DNA of 64,000 nucleotides from an uncultured Acidimicrobiia bacterium (GTDB lineage: Bacteria; Acidobacteriota; Terriglobia; Versatilivoradales; Versatilivoraceae), in assembly GCA_963786955.1 (NCBI GenBank), contig CAWBAT010000004.1:64001-128000 (forward strand). Direction: 5' to 3'. The translations under genes and the position numbers were made by a program. This document shows, in pieces, positions 18,951 through 30,255 of this stretch. A model generated the notes under the pieces. It saw only the letters and a list, made by a program, of their open reading frames with translations. It was not told the origin of the DNA and searched no databases. How positions within the stretch are numbered: position 1 is the first letter of the stretch; the number at the start of each line of letters is the position of its first letter.

Positions 18951-18970
18951 TTCGGTGGAACACGTCCGTG

Positions 18971-19028
18971 GGGTGGCGAAGACATGCGCACTGTGCATGT
19001 CTTCACATTGAATGCAGGCTTTGAGGAA
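18971..19028 (+). repeat. GTGG-tagged REP-like element, copy 1
   Basis: GGGTGG-CGAAGACATGC-GCACTGT-GCATGTCTTC followed by ATTGAATGCAGGCTTTGAG. Confidence 0.75.
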
Positions 19029-19321
19029 GTTCTTTCGATTCGACGAGGGATCTGACTTTTTCCGGGCTGGCGCAGACATACGTTGTTAGCATGTCTGCGA
19101 AGAAATAGAGGAATACACGCACACGCATCTGGTCAAGTGACTGTTGATCGAAGACCTCAAAACGTGGAGATGGCCAGCCTTGACACAGGGGTCATACGCA
19201 GACCTGGCAACGTCGCAAATCTGTGCCACTTGAGGCCTAGATACCCGATCCTTAATTTTAGTTTTCACTACAATTGTCTATTTAATTTACCTACCCCGGG
19301 CTTCGCTTTAGGAGATCCGTT

Positions 19322-19804
19322 GTGAACCCCCACTTGAAACGCATTCTCTACTTTCTGCTGGGCAAGGAGAACGCGGGTGTTCCCCAAGACATGCTTCGGG
19401 ACTCCATCTGGCTGCTATTTGTAGCGTTCGCGCTGTCATTATTCCGCTCCTCAATGGAACACGTGCTTGGAAGAAACAGCAGCTTCCTTTCCGCCGTGGA
19501 CGAAAGCCTTTTCTACACGGCCATGATCGCAATGGTGTGCCGCAGCCTAAAGAGGATTTACGACTGGCTCCGCGGGGGAGGAGTGCAATGGACAGAAGTA
19601 TTCCCCTCTATTCTCACGACATCATGGGGATATGCCGGTTGCGTGCTGACGCTCGGCACTCTGTCGTGGGGATTGCTCCGAATGCTTCTTCGACTCTCGT
19701 TCGAGGACGCTTTCGTGACACAGACTGTCGTAATCCTAATCTTCGCTTGGGCAGTAACCCCACCAGCAAAGCCAACTAGGCCCGCAAAAAGCACGAGCCG
19801 CTGA
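19322..19804 (+). CDS. Hypothetical membrane protein (about 4 TM)
   Basis: AGGAGA RBS before a GTG start; four hydrophobic segments. Confidence 0.65.
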   Translation: MNPHLKRILYFLLGKENAGVPQDMLRDSIWLLFVAFALSLFRSSMEHVLGRNSSFLSAVDESLFYTAMIAMVCRSLKRIYDWLRGGGVQWTEVFPSILTTSWGYAGCVLTLGTLSWGLLRMLLRLSFEDAFVTQTVVILIFAWAVTPPAKPTRPAKSTSR

Positions 19805-19842
19805 GGACTGGTTCCTGGTTTTAATTCTTACTCAAATTCGTC

Positions 19843-19900
19843 GGGTGGCGAAGGCATGCGTAGTGTACATGTCTTCGAATTGAATGCAGGCTCTGAGAAA
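19843..19900 (+). repeat. GTGG-tagged REP-like element, copy 2 (direct repeat of 18971-19028)
   Basis: GGGTGGCGAAGGCATGCGTAGTGTACATGTCTTCGAATTGAATGCAGGCTCTGAG. Confidence 0.75.
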
Positions 19901-20085
19901 TCAGGGACAAACGACGCACTTCGGGTTTTCAGCTGTAAAGGATCCCAACAGGGGAAGGGTGTTGAGGACTTGAATCATGATAAGACACCGGAGGAAAAAT
20001 AATTGGTTCATCCTGGCCATCCGATAAGACATGGCAGACCTGAATGTTGAGATCTTTCGCCCTTGAGGATTTGTCGAGACAATAC

Positions 20086-20412
20086 ATGAAACCCAGACGA
20101 AACGACACCGCAAGCATTCCCCCATTCGTTGAACGCCGTGGATTCTGCTACGATATCATGGTCTACGGGGATACAGTCGGCCAATCTCTCGATCCTGAGC
20201 AATCTCGGAGATTCCTGGAATCCTATGAAAGACTAAACACTACTTCCGGTTACGTCTCTTACACGGATGTATCCAGAGAGTTGAAGGTAACGCCGCTGCA
20301 AGTCATGCAACATGTCAAGTTTCTTCATGTCCAATCCAAAGAGTGGTTAGTCCGCTTCTCTTGTGATCGCAACAATGAGAATGTTCTCTTCAAATTGTTC
20401 CACCGGACTTGA
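20086..20412 (+). CDS. Hypothetical protein with a possible C-terminal HTH/winged helix
   Basis: VSYTDVSRELKVTPLQVMQHVKFL resembles a helix-turn-helix; ORF open from 20044. Confidence 0.45.
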   Translation: MKPRRNDTASIPPFVERRGFCYDIMVYGDTVGQSLDPEQSRRFLESYERLNTTSGYVSYTDVSRELKVTPLQVMQHVKFLHVQSKEWLVRFSCDRNNENVLFKLFHRT

Positions 20413-20751
20413 CCAATCTATTCTGAGCTGCAATCTTTGATTCTCAATGGTCAGCAGTCAAGGCTGGTACAACGAGGGGGGGGTACTCCCGATCTGGCAT
20501 ACGACCCGACCACGAGGCCAAATCGGTTGCGTTGAATATGCTCTGACTTATCCCCGGGTGCTACGCCTGAGCCGGAGCCCTCTTATGCACATCTGCCACG
20601 AACTTAGATGGTTACGATAGAGCCAGGAATGATTATCCGCCTGGTTCGGCTGGATTCAGGCCCCTTCGAATATACGCGCAAATGGCCTAGAGCAACCGGA
20701 GTAGACATCATAGGAAGGTGGAAAGACAGCGGAGATTACCTGCAGAGACAG

Positions 20752-21927
20752 TTAATCACTCAACTCCTCAGACCCTGGCTGGCGCGCATGTTCTTTCAAC
20801 AGTTTTTCGATCGCCCAGTACTCCCTCCAGTGCCGGACAGCTATAGAAGCAATACCGACGAACGGTATCGCCACCAGAACACCCAAAGTCCCCCCCGCTT
20901 CCGCACCCGCTAGAATGGCAACGATGATGGCTACCGGGTGCATGTGCATACGGCGTCCGACGAGCCGCGGATAGATAAGGTAGTCTTGGACAAGGCGCAT
21001 GGCTACGAGGAATCCGATCAACACGAGCAGCCGGTCTCCGCTGACGATGCCACACGCAGCATAGGCAACACTCAGAGGACCTGCAATCGGGAAAAATTCG
21101 AGGGCCCCCGAGGCGGTTCCAAGCAGCAAGGCATGCGGCAGTCCGATTAGCCAGAAACCCGCCATAGACGTAATTCCGACGGAAACGCATGCCAGCATCT
21201 GCGCCCGAGTATAGCCAGCCAGGACACTGTTCACCTGATGGAAGAATTCCTCTCCCCTCCATCGGAGATGTCCTTCCGGCAGGTGTGCCACCGCTGACTG
21301 ACGGAACCAGCCAACACGGCTGACCAGAAGCAAGGCGAGGGTCGGTACCAGCCAGATCCAAGGAAGAACGGGCCGCCAAGCGACAACCTCCGCGCTCACA
21401 CGGATAGCGTTGGTTTTGATCGACAGCGATACCGTGTGCCAGAGACCCGCGAGGTGGTCGGCAAAGGGGATGGGTGGAGAAAAGCGGTTGGTGATTCGTT
21501 CGATCGTCTCCAGCCGCTGCCGCGCCCGGTCGGCATAAGTTGGTAACTTGTCAGCGAGGTCAGTCATCTGCTGCTGGAACTTTCCGGCGAGCAGGAGCCC
21601 CGCTGTGGTTCCAAAGAGGAGCATCACAAAATAAATAACAAGAACAGCCATTGCCGGTGTGAGCGGCTTGCGATAAGCCCCATGGGGGCGTTGCACACGT
21701 TTTGCCAGAGGAGCTAACACGTAAGCAAGGACCACGGAAAACAAAGTGATGAGCAGCGCGTTCCTGGCGATGGGTCGATTGAGAGCCAGAGTGACCACCG
21801 CCACAAGAACGGCAACACCCGCGGCCGCTCGCCGCGCGATCGGCCAGAGTTGTCTCCGATCTTTTCGGACGTGCACAGGTGTGGACGATCCTACAGTGTC
21901 GCATGAAGCTAAGCTGGGGTCTTCCAT
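20752..21927 (-). CDS. AI-2E family transporter (PerM/UPF0118)
   Basis: LAYVLAPL, VLAGYTRAQ, LEFFPIAGP, YLIYPRLVGRRMHMHPVAIIVAILAG...GVLVAIP. Confidence 0.93.
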   Translation of the reverse strand: MEDPSLASCDTVGSSTPVHVRKDRRQLWPIARRAAAGVAVLVAVVTLALNRPIARNALLITLFSVVLAYVLAPLAKRVQRPHGAYRKPLTPAMAVLVIYFVMLLFGTTAGLLLAGKFQQQMTDLADKLPTYADRARQRLETIERITNRFSPPIPFADHLAGLWHTVSLSIKTNAIRVSAEVVAWRPVLPWIWLVPTLALLLVSRVGWFRQSAVAHLPEGHLRWRGEEFFHQVNSVLAGYTRAQMLACVSVGITSMAGFWLIGLPHALLLGTASGALEFFPIAGPLSVAYAACGIVSGDRLLVLIGFLVAMRLVQDYLIYPRLVGRRMHMHPVAIIVAILAGAEAGGTLGVLVAIPFVGIASIAVRHWREYWAIEKLLKEHARQPGSEELSD

Positions 21928-22137
21928 GGGGTCATAATAATCGATATTGCGGTTCTGCGGAAGTCTGGTGTAGACCTATTTACAGAACAGGCAGCAGCAC
22001 AAGAAACTCGAGCACTTGATAGCGGCAGTTCTCTAACAATTCAAGACCCCGTAGGATGTTCGCAGTCATGAGCCGCCAGATTGAAGTCACAAGGCCCCGC
22101 GGACTGCCAGAGAAGTCATAGGGACGACCTGATAAGG

Positions 22138-23283
22138 TTACGCCGGGGAATAGCGCACCGCAACAATCGAGATGTCGTCGGACTGATGGGCTCCGGCTGC
22201 ATGGCTGCGAACCGCCTGGAGGATGCTGGACACTGTCCCGGCGGCGTTCTGCCCCGGATCGTTCCCGAGTTGCGCCAACAGTCGCGCGTCGCCGAAGAGC
22301 TCTTCCCCTTTATTGAAAGCTTCGGTGACCCCGTCTGAATAGAGCACCAATGTGTCCCCCGGCACGAGCTTCATGGATTCGTCGCACACCGAGTTGCCGG
22401 GAAACAATCCTGCTACCATCCCGGTGGAAGGGAACACGAAACGAGGCGGTCTGCCAGGCCCGAATAGTACCAAAGGATTATGTCCGGCGTTGGCGCAGGT
22501 AACCTGACCCGATCGCAAGTCATAAACGAGGCATGCCATTGTGACGAACATCATGCGCGGATTCTGTTTAACCAGTTCATCGCTGACGCGCCGGACGATC
22601 TCCTCCGGGCGCTCGAATTGACGGGCCATGCTTCGGGCTAGGGTCACTGTCACCGCCATGAAGAGCGCGGCCGGGATTCCCTTGCCCGAGACGTCGCCGA
22701 GAACAACCATGACACGATTTTCGTCAACCCGTAGAACTTCATAGAGATCACCGCCGACATGCTGGGCTGGTTCCAGCACAGCATGGATGTCAAGCCCAGT
22801 TCCCTTTGTACAGGAGGAAAGATCCGAAGGCAGGATCCCGATCTGGATCTCCCGCGCAATGCTCAGCTCCATTTCCCGGGCCTCCCGGATCGCATCGGCG
22901 TATGCCTTGGCTCTCACCAGCGACCGGACCCTGGCTTTTACCTCAAGGATTTCAAAGGGCTTGGTAAGGTAATCATTTCCGCCGATCTCGAAGCCCCGCG
23001 CTTTGTCCTGCACATCTTCCAGCGAAGTGAGAAACATGACGGGGATGTCGCGAGTCTGCTCATTGGCGCGCAGCCGGCGGCAGACCTCGTAGCCATCGAT
23101 GCCGGGCATCATAATGTCGAGGAGCACGAGGTCGGCAGAATTCTTTTCGATGCTGCGCAATGCGCTTTCTCCGTCCAGAGCTACGCTCAGTTTGTATAGG
23201 CCGCGCAAGGCTTGGACGAGCACGTCGACGTTGGCCTTGACGTCATCGACGATCAGGATGCGGCATTCGGATAGGTCCTTCAT
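22138..23283 (-). CDS. Response regulator fused to a PP2C/SpoIIE (RsbU-like) phosphatase
   Basis: [24 protein letters not shown]; [41 protein letters not shown]. Confidence 0.95.
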   Translation of the reverse strand: MKDLSECRILIVDDVKANVDVLVQALRGLYKLSVALDGESALRSIEKNSADLVLLDIMMPGIDGYEVCRRLRANEQTRDIPVMFLTSLEDVQDKARGFEIGGNDYLTKPFEILEVKARVRSLVRAKAYADAIREAREMELSIAREIQIGILPSDLSSCTKGTGLDIHAVLEPAQHVGGDLYEVLRVDENRVMVVLGDVSGKGIPAALFMAVTVTLARSMARQFERPEEIVRRVSDELVKQNPRMMFVTMACLVYDLRSGQVTCANAGHNPLVLFGPGRPPRFVFPSTGMVAGLFPGNSVCDESMKLVPGDTLVLYSDGVTEAFNKGEELFGDARLLAQLGNDPGQNAAGTVSSILQAVRSHAAGAHQSDDISIVAVRYSPA

Positions 23284-26200
23284 GACGGTATTCCTCCTCT
23301 TACCCTCTCGAGCAGCCGCGCCACGATCGCGGCCGCATCATCATATTCATAATTTTCCACAAACTCCTCGATGTGCGCGATCTCGCGGCCCATTTCATCG
23401 GGGACGTTCATTTTCTTGAGTTCCCGAAGGACCTCGGACGAACTGCTGAGGTCGAAGTCTGCCAGCGCCAGGCGAAGCCGCTCTAGGTTGTCCCGAAGTC
23501 TCGACGGATCGGCCGGCTGAGCCGGGACGCCCTCGACGGATTCCTTCACGGCTTGTCCCTTCCCTTTTAGTAACTCGATGGATCGAAAAACCACGACGGC
23601 GCATCCGTCCACTACCCTGAAGAGGTCCTCGAGATTGGCCTGTCCCTGGCGCGCAGCCTTCTCCAGCGCTTTGGCCGCGGCATGCAGAGAGTCCATCCCC
23701 AGGTTCCCTGCCGAGCCCGCCAGTGCATGCGCAAACCCTGCTGCTCCGGCGTTGTCGTTTGCCCGAATTGCTGCACGTAAATCCTCGAGGGTTTTCCCCT
23801 GACCGTCGGCAAACCGAATCAGCATCTTACGCAAGCTCTCGAAGGGCAGGCCAAGCCTTCGGAGGGCGCTATCGACCTCAATCCCTTCGATGACATATAG
23901 GCCGGGAGCCGCTTCCCCGGCAGCCGGCCCCGCGTGGGATCTCGTAGCCGCCTTCTCTACGCTCCTGGTTGTCGAACTTAAGGACACCGACACCCGGCGC
24001 GGCAACCAGCGCCGGAGCGTTCCCACCATCAACGCGCGATCAATCGGCTTGATGATATGGTCGCTCATTCCGGCCGCCAGGCAGGCGTCCAGGTCCTGTT
24101 TCATGGCATTCGCCGTCATGGCGATGATCGGTAAATCGCGGAACTCCGGATCTGCCCGCAGCGTGCGGGTCGCCTCCAGTCCGTCCATTTCAGGCATCTG
24201 CATGTCCATCAGGATCGCCGCATAGCGACCCTTGTTCTCACGGGCCATTTCGACCGCCTCGCGGCCGTTGTTGGCGATGTCCAGCTCGATGCCCAATCGG
24301 GAAAGAAGCTCGGTTGCGACCATCTGGTTGGCCTCGTTATCCTCCGCAAGCAACGCAACCGTTCCTTCGAACTCGATTTCGAGGGTTTTATCGGACACGT
24401 GACGGGGGATTTGCGCTTCCAGCCCCTGAGCTTCGACGATGGCATTAAACAGCGAAGATGCCGTAATCGGCTTCTGCAGGAATACATTAACTCCGACCTC
24501 AGCGCTGCGGGCCTCCTCCTCCTTACCGGCGTATGCGCTGATCAGGACGATGGGTAGAGATCGCGTTTCCTCCTTCTCCCGGATGCGGCTGGCTGCCTCC
24601 AGGCCGTTCATCCCCGGCAGCATCCAGTCCAGGAGTACCAGCCCGAAGGGGTCCCGTCCACCGCTCCAGTTGTGCTCCTTGAGAAGGGCAACGCCCTCCT
24701 CTGCAGTGGCTACGGAAGTGCACGGGATCGACCAACTGCCTAGAAACGTTTCAAGGAGTTCGCGGCTGGTCTCTGTGTCTTCGACTATCAGCACCGGAAG
24801 CCGACGGATATCTCCGGGAGGTGAAGGGATCGGCGCCTCTTGCGTGTCCTGCAGGCCGAAATGAACCGTGAAAAAGAACGTGGTCCCTTCCCCCGGTTTG
24901 CTTTCCAGGGCCAGGTCCCCTCCCATCATTTTCGAGAGGCGCCGGCTGATGGCGAGACCGAGCCCTGTGCCTCCGTATTTTCGGGAGGTCGAAGTGTCCG
25001 CCTGCGAAAATGCCTGGAATAGCCGGCCTTGTTGCTCCTCGGTGATCCCGATCCCCGTGTCGCGCACACTGACAACAAGATTAACCTCCCCCTTAGAACT
25101 ACCCTCGCGATTTTCCACGGTGTTCCGGAAAGACACTTTGACTGAGATTTCTCCCTTGTCCGTGAACTTGAATGCGTTACCCACCAGGTTGGTGATCACC
25201 TGCCGGAATCGAAGGGCATCGCCGATCATCCCGTCAGGAATGTCCATGGGAACATAAGTGATCAACTCCACATGCTTCTCGACGACCTTGGCACGGAATG
25301 TTTCGGTCACTTCATCCAGCGCCTTGCGCAGGCTGAATGGGGCCTGCTCTAGTTCGAGTTTTTCCGCCTCGATTTTCGAGAAGTCCAGGATGTCATTGAT
25401 GATCCCCAGCAGGTTCTTGGAGGAAGAATGGACCACGCTCAGGTAATGCTGCTGGCGCGGCGTCAGGTCAGTCTCAAGTGCGAGGCTGGTCATGTTGATG
25501 ATGGCGTTCATCGGTGTCCGGATCTCATGGCTCATCACCGCCAGGAAGGAGCTTTTGGCCCGGTTTGCCGCCTCTGCTGACTCGCGCGCAGCCACTATTT
25601 CGCGGCTGGCTGTTTCCAGGCTGGCGATGCCTTTATCGAGAGCCTGGGCCAGTTCCCGTAATTCGCCTGCTCCCAGCGGGAGGCCGGTGCGGGCCGCGAG
25701 GTCTCCTGCCTGGAGGCAGCGAGCAGTTTTCAGGATGGCGCGTGTGTCGTATAGAAAAAGCTTCTCCGAAATGAAAGAGGCGATCCCGACGGAGATGAGG
25801 CCGCCGATGAATAGGATCAGGAGATTCCGCAACAGCGACCGCCCCGCCTCTGCTTCAGCGACTGACGTGGGAATCCCGACGGCAAGGTAAGCATTGGTTT
25901 CTACTGTGCCGGATCGAATGGGAGCATACGCATACAGCCGCTCAACTCCCTCTAAGCCCTTGAGAACAGCCATGCCGGCGCGGCCCTCTTTGAGAATCGT
26001 ACGCACCAGCGTTGATTTGCCTATATTTCTCCCGACCCATTTGTCCGATTCCAGCGTACGGTGAAGGACGACCCCGTCGGAATCGAAAATGATGATTGTA
26101 GCTCCTTCCGGAAGGTCCGCCTGGGCAACGAAATCGGCGATCCATGCAAATCCCAGGGAAGCAATGAGGACTCCAACCAGTCGGCCATCTGATTCCAAGA

Positions 26201-26669
26201 GCGGATAACCGAGATTGAACCCGGGCTTGCCACTGATTGGGTTAAAATTGAATTTGCCGAGGCAAAAAGACTTGGTGGCGACGGTTCTCTTAAAGGAATC
26301 GAAGTGATCGAACCGGACTTCGCCCGCGAATGGGACGGCACTGCTTACGATCTTCCCCGAAGGGTCGGCGATGGCAAGGTTCGTGTAAATCGGCTCGTCG
26401 CCGAGAATCTCAGCCAGTCGAGCGCTGGCCGAGGTGTTCATGGCGCGAATCTCGGGCATGCGCACGAGGGACCGGAACTGGGCGTGGGTTTCCTCGATCA
26501 GCGACTCTGTCCGCTCCTCCATCAGCGACCCAACCCGAACCGCCTCCCTGTGAATCTGCTGAAAAATTCGCCGGCGAAGTTGGAGTTCATCGTAAACGAT
26601 GATGGCCAGAGCCGGTAGCAAGGCAAGAAGCACCAGCCAAACCAGTCGAGCTCGGATTGTTGAGAACAC
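23280..26669 (-). CDS. Hybrid sensor histidine kinase (TM-dCache-TM-HAMP-HisKA-HATPase-REC-REC-Hpt)
   Basis: [17 protein letters not shown]-box, [22 protein letters not shown], two REC domains (LLDWMLP, LMDMQMP), Hpt [12 protein letters not shown]. Confidence 0.96.
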   Translation of the reverse strand: MFSTIRARLVWLVLLALLPALAIIVYDELQLRRRIFQQIHREAVRVGSLMEERTESLIEETHAQFRSLVRMPEIRAMNTSASARLAEILGDEPIYTNLAIADPSGKIVSSAVPFAGEVRFDHFDSFKRTVATKSFCLGKFNFNPISGKPGFNLGYPLLESDGRLVGVLIASLGFAWIADFVAQADLPEGATIIIFDSDGVVLHRTLESDKWVGRNIGKSTLVRTILKEGRAGMAVLKGLEGVERLYAYAPIRSGTVETNAYLAVGIPTSVAEAEAGRSLLRNLLILFIGGLISVGIASFISEKLFLYDTRAILKTARCLQAGDLAARTGLPLGAGELRELAQALDKGIASLETASREIVAARESAEAANRAKSSFLAVMSHEIRTPMNAIINMTSLALETDLTPRQQHYLSVVHSSSKNLLGIINDILDFSKIEAEKLELEQAPFSLRKALDEVTETFRAKVVEKHVELITYVPMDIPDGMIGDALRFRQVITNLVGNAFKFTDKGEISVKVSFRNTVENREGSSKGEVNLVVSVRDTGIGITEEQQGRLFQAFSQADTSTSRKYGGTGLGLAISRRLSKMMGGDLALESKPGEGTTFFFTVHFGLQDTQEAPIPSPPGDIRRLPVLIVEDTETSRELLETFLGSWSIPCTSVATAEEGVALLKEHNWSGGRDPFGLVLLDWMLPGMNGLEAASRIREKEETRSLPIVLISAYAGKEEEARSAEVGVNVFLQKPITASSLFNAIVEAQGLEAQIPRHVSDKTLEIEFEGTVALLAEDNEANQMVATELLSRLGIELDIANNGREAVEMARENKGRYAAILMDMQMPEMDGLEATRTLRADPEFRDLPIIAMTANAMKQDLDACLAAGMSDHIIKPIDRALMVGTLRRWLPRRVSVSLSSTTRSVEKAATRSHAGPAAGEAAPGLYVIEGIEVDSALRRLGLPFESLRKMLIRFADGQGKTLEDLRAAIRANDNAGAAGFAHALAGSAGNLGMDSLHAAAKALEKAARQGQANLEDLFRVVDGCAVVVFRSIELLKGKGQAVKESVEGVPAQPADPSRLRDNLERLRLALADFDLSSSSEVLRELKKMNVPDEMGREIAHIEEFVENYEYDDAAAIVARLLERVRGGIPS

Positions 26670-26928
26670 GAAATTGACTCCTTGCAGAACGTGTCCGCCT
26701 GATCAGAAAACTCTTGTCGAGCAAGTCAAATCTTCCCCGTGCCCTTTGGTCCCTTCGGGACAAGTGGGGATAATACTCACTCGCGAAAATTCGAAGTTAT
26801 TTTTGTAGCTGGGCGGATTATTGCATTTTGCTCCGCAAAGGCATAACCATCTACCTAGGTCTGAAGTATACTGTCAGTCTATGGGAACCCGAAATGGAAA
26901 TCCCCGTTTATTTTTCTACAACATTACA

Positions 26929-27735
26929 ATGGGAGTCCGCATAAATTGTTTCCGCTGTGTAACCACGCTGATCATCTGGGCCTTTTTATGGGGGATGCTC
27001 GTACCGCCGGCCGCGGGGCAGAATATCGACCGTTCGAAGCTCGTCGATCTGACCTATAGTTTCAATGATAAGACCGTCTACTGGCCGAACGCGAAGGGCT
27101 TTCGTCATCAGAAAGACGTATGGAAGATCACGCCGGGTGGCTTTTGGTACGCGGCTGGCGAATTTGCTTCGGCCGAACATGGCGGAACGCACCTTGACAG
27201 TCCGATTCATTTCGCACAGGGCATGGCCACCCTCGACGAGATTCCTGTAGAAAAACTGGTCGCCCCCGCGGTGGTGATCGACGTGACCTCAGCCACTGCC
27301 AAGAATCGCGACTACCTGGCCAGCGCGCAAGACTTGCGGGCTTGGGAGATGGAAAACGACACGATTCCAGCGGGCTCCATCGTTGTCTTCCGCACCGGCT
27401 GGGGTAAGTATTGGCCGGACCGCAAACAATATCTGGGCAGCGACGTCGCCGGCGATATCGATCATCTGCATTTCCCCGGCATCGCCAGAGATGCTGCGGA
27501 GTTGCTCGTACAGCGAAAAATTGATGGAGTCGCTATCGACACGGCCAGCATGGACTATGGTCCGTCAAAAGACTTCATCGTCCATCAGGTGCTGAATAAG
27601 GCAGGCATCTACGGCCTTGAAAACATTGCCAACGCGGAGAAACTGCCGGTCAAGGGTGCGACTCTGATCGCTCTGCCGATCAAGATTGAAGCCGGATCAG
27701 GGGGTCCCGCCCGGATCATCGCGCTATTGCCATAA
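26929..27735 (+). CDS. Cyclase family metal-dependent hydrolase (kynurenine formamidase-like), exported
   Basis: EHGGTHLDSPIHF, FRTGW, HFPG, IDTAS, GLEN, ALPIKIEAGSGGPARIIA; signal peptide. Confidence 0.92.
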   Translation: MGVRINCFRCVTTLIIWAFLWGMLVPPAAGQNIDRSKLVDLTYSFNDKTVYWPNAKGFRHQKDVWKITPGGFWYAAGEFASAEHGGTHLDSPIHFAQGMATLDEIPVEKLVAPAVVIDVTSATAKNRDYLASAQDLRAWEMENDTIPAGSIVVFRTGWGKYWPDRKQYLGSDVAGDIDHLHFPGIARDAAELLVQRKIDGVAIDTASMDYGPSKDFIVHQVLNKAGIYGLENIANAEKLPVKGATLIALPIKIEAGSGGPARIIALLP

Positions 27736-28000
27736 ATGCCAAAGATGTCTCTCCTCCTCGGAAACGACATGCCAGAGATCGAACGGCCGGCCCAAGAGGT
27801 CAACGGCTCGGACGCGGGATCTGCTACCACACTGCGCCACTGTAGGATGACAGTGAGAACCGCAGATTAGGCAACAGAAGTTATGCAGAAACCTCAAGAT
27901 AATCTGGGGGTTCCACAGTGGGGCATGGGCGGTATAAACTTATGAGGATTAGTTGTGAATAAAAGGAAAAACGGAGAAGATTTCAATTTTAATAGGAGGA

Positions 28001-28285
28001 GTGATGATCATCGTACGTAATTGCTTTGTTGCGAAACCCGGCCAGGCGAGCAAACTTGCCGCCCAGCTAAAAGAAGCAGCCGCTGCTGCCATACCCAAAC
28101 ACCGCGTTTTGACGGATCTCACCGGCGACTTTAACCGCGTCGTATTGGAATATGAGGCGGAAAATATCGCCGAATTTGAGGCCCGAATGAAACAGGTCAT
28201 GACGGACAAAGTGTTCCGTGAGAAGATGAAAGGCTACACGGATCTGTATGTCACCGGCAGCCGTGAGATCCTGCAGATGGTCTGA
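28001..28285 (+). CDS. Small NIPSNAP/dimeric alpha-beta barrel-like protein
   Basis: AGGAGA RBS; RNCFVAKPGQA...RVLTDLTGDFNRVVLE...GSREI. Confidence 0.7.
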   Translation: MMIIVRNCFVAKPGQASKLAAQLKEAAAAAIPKHRVLTDLTGDFNRVVLEYEAENIAEFEARMKQVMTDKVFREKMKGYTDLYVTGSREILQMV

Positions 28286-28533
28286 GAGTAAGCCTTTTCG
28301 CAAAGCGTGATTCCTAGTACGTCCTTCTCGGCGTTCACTTCCAACTTCCGGAGCCGATTTGCCGCACTAACTCAGAATCGTTCAGTTCAATTTGCATCAG
28401 CACATGTATTATGTGTAACGAAGTGGCTACTCGTTACCCATCACAGTATCGAAGGCAGGGCCTTGTATCAGGGCGGTTAGCCCACAGACAAGAAGAAGGT
28501 AAATTAATCATTCATCAAGAAAAGGAGAATTCT

Positions 28534-29031
28534 ATGGGTGCCAAAGAAGCCAAGACGGTAGCAGATTTCTTAATCGCCGATTTCGAAAACGAAATGAAAA
28601 CGACCCTCCGTGTCATCGAGTCGGTTCCCAACAGCCATCTCGACTACCGGCCGGAGTTGAAGTCCAAGACCGCTCTAGGACTTGTCCGACACATCACTCT
28701 TGAAGATGAGTGGCTGCTGAACTCCATCGCAAACGGGGAATTCACGCCTCCCCCTGACGATTCTGACGCCTGCGGCATCATGAATCCGGCCGACGCCGTT
28801 TCCCGTTACAAGGAAAAAGTTCCAGCTGCCCTGGATCGCGTTCGCGCTATGTCCGGTGAGAAATTAGCCGACATCATCGATCTGTTCGGTATGATCAAAG
28901 CGCCCGGCATCAACTTTCTTGCCATGGCGATCAAGCATTCGGTCCATCACCGCGGCCAGCTCAGCACCTACCTGCGCCCGATGGGCGGTAAGGTCCCAGG
29001 GATCTACGGGCCTTCCGCCGACACTCAGTAG
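28534..29031 (+). CDS. DinB family protein
   Basis: AAGGAG RBS; YRPE.KS..A..LVRHI, HSVHHRGQLSTYLRPMGGKVPGIYG. Confidence 0.93.
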   Translation: MGAKEAKTVADFLIADFENEMKTTLRVIESVPNSHLDYRPELKSKTALGLVRHITLEDEWLLNSIANGEFTPPPDDSDACGIMNPADAVSRYKEKVPAALDRVRAMSGEKLADIIDLFGMIKAPGINFLAMAIKHSVHHRGQLSTYLRPMGGKVPGIYGPSADTQ

Positions 29032-29453
29032 CAATGGAATCGAAGCACGGATCGGCACGGAGTAAAGCCGAATTGCGAAGTGGGGCGGGCGGAATTTTTA
29101 TCTATGGGCTGATTTGTCTGTGACTTGCGAGATGCCGAGGAAAGGAGAAAAGTGTAACGATCACCTGCGAATTCAGGTGGAACGGACGCTCCGTCGCGCG
29201 TTCACTGAGCGTGCGCCAGGGGGACAGCGGTCCCACTCGCCCGCTCCACCTGGCGACGCTCACACAACTTCGGAATTCGGGATAAATTAGACAGGTCGGC
29301 GAAAATCGCCTTTTGTGTAATAGGGAGGCAGCACGTGACACATCTTGGTATCAGACGCGGGCCATTCCCATTCGGCATTCCACCCTACACAAGGAGAACA
29401 GAAATTGAGCGCAAATAAATAAAGAAACAAGCAACCGCAAGGATGGTAAATCT

Positions 29454-30254
29454 ATGGATTCCTACAAGGCTATGTCCGATATCGAGGTCATCACCTCGAA
29501 TTTCCCGATCCCGGGCTACGGACTGGTGCCGATCAACTCATTCGTCATAAAGGGCTCGGAGCCGATCCTAGTCGACACTGGATCCGTGGTGGAGAGTGAG
29601 GAGTTCATGACTACCCTGCGGTCGGTCATCGATCCAGCCGACCTGAAGTGGATCTGGGTCACCCATACGGACTTCGACCATATCGGCGGTTTGCCTCAGT
29701 TGCTCGCCGAGAACCCGAAGCTCCGGGTGATTACTACCTTTCTCGGCGTGGGCATCATGAGCCTGTCCGCCCCGCTGCCGATGGATAGGGTCTATCTTCT
29801 CAATCCGGGCGAGAAGCTTACAGTGGGCAACCGCACACTCACTGCTATCAGACCCCCGGCGTTCGACAACCCTTCCACCACTGGCTTCTACGATGATAAG
29901 TCGGGGGTGTTCTTCAGCTCCGACTGCTTTGGCGCGCTCCTCTCAAGGATTCCCCAGAACGCCGCTGAGCTCTCGGACAAGGATTTGCGGGATGGGCAGG
30001 TCTTTTGGGCGACCTTGGACGCGCCGTGGCTGCATAAAGTGGATCGCGGCGCTTTTGCGAGGGAACTGGACGGCATCCGTAAAATGCAGCCGAAGATGGT
30101 CCTCAGTAGCCATCTGCCAGCCGCCCCAGGAGACATGGTAGAACGTTTGCTGGGGTATCTTGCGGTCGCCCCGACAGCTCAGCCGTTCGTCGGACCGAAT
30201 CAGGCGGCGCTGGAGCAAATGTTAAAGAAAATGACCGAACCCTCTCAGGGTTAG
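29454..30254 (+). CDS. MBL-fold metallo-hydrolase (FprA N-terminal/ODP-like)
   Basis: ILVDTG, VTHTDFDHIG, FSSDCFG, LSSH. Confidence 0.88.
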   Translation: MDSYKAMSDIEVITSNFPIPGYGLVPINSFVIKGSEPILVDTGSVVESEEFMTTLRSVIDPADLKWIWVTHTDFDHIGGLPQLLAENPKLRVITTFLGVGIMSLSAPLPMDRVYLLNPGEKLTVGNRTLTAIRPPAFDNPSTTGFYDDKSGVFFSSDCFGALLSRIPQNAAELSDKDLRDGQVFWATLDAPWLHKVDRGAFARELDGIRKMQPKMVLSSHLPAAPGDMVERLLGYLAVAPTAQPFVGPNQAALEQMLKKMTEPSQG

Positions 30255-30255
30255 C

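Noticed and set aside
26821-30254. Co-oriented small genes (cyclase, NIPSNAP-like, DinB, MBL) as a second cassette array
   Set aside because: No RYYYAAC...GTTRRRY palindromes found between them; the isolated GTTAGCC near 28476 has no complementary arm.
30250-30255. IS target GTTAGC as an attC core
   Set aside because: No attC hairpin upstream; the sequence is simply the end of the MBL gene.
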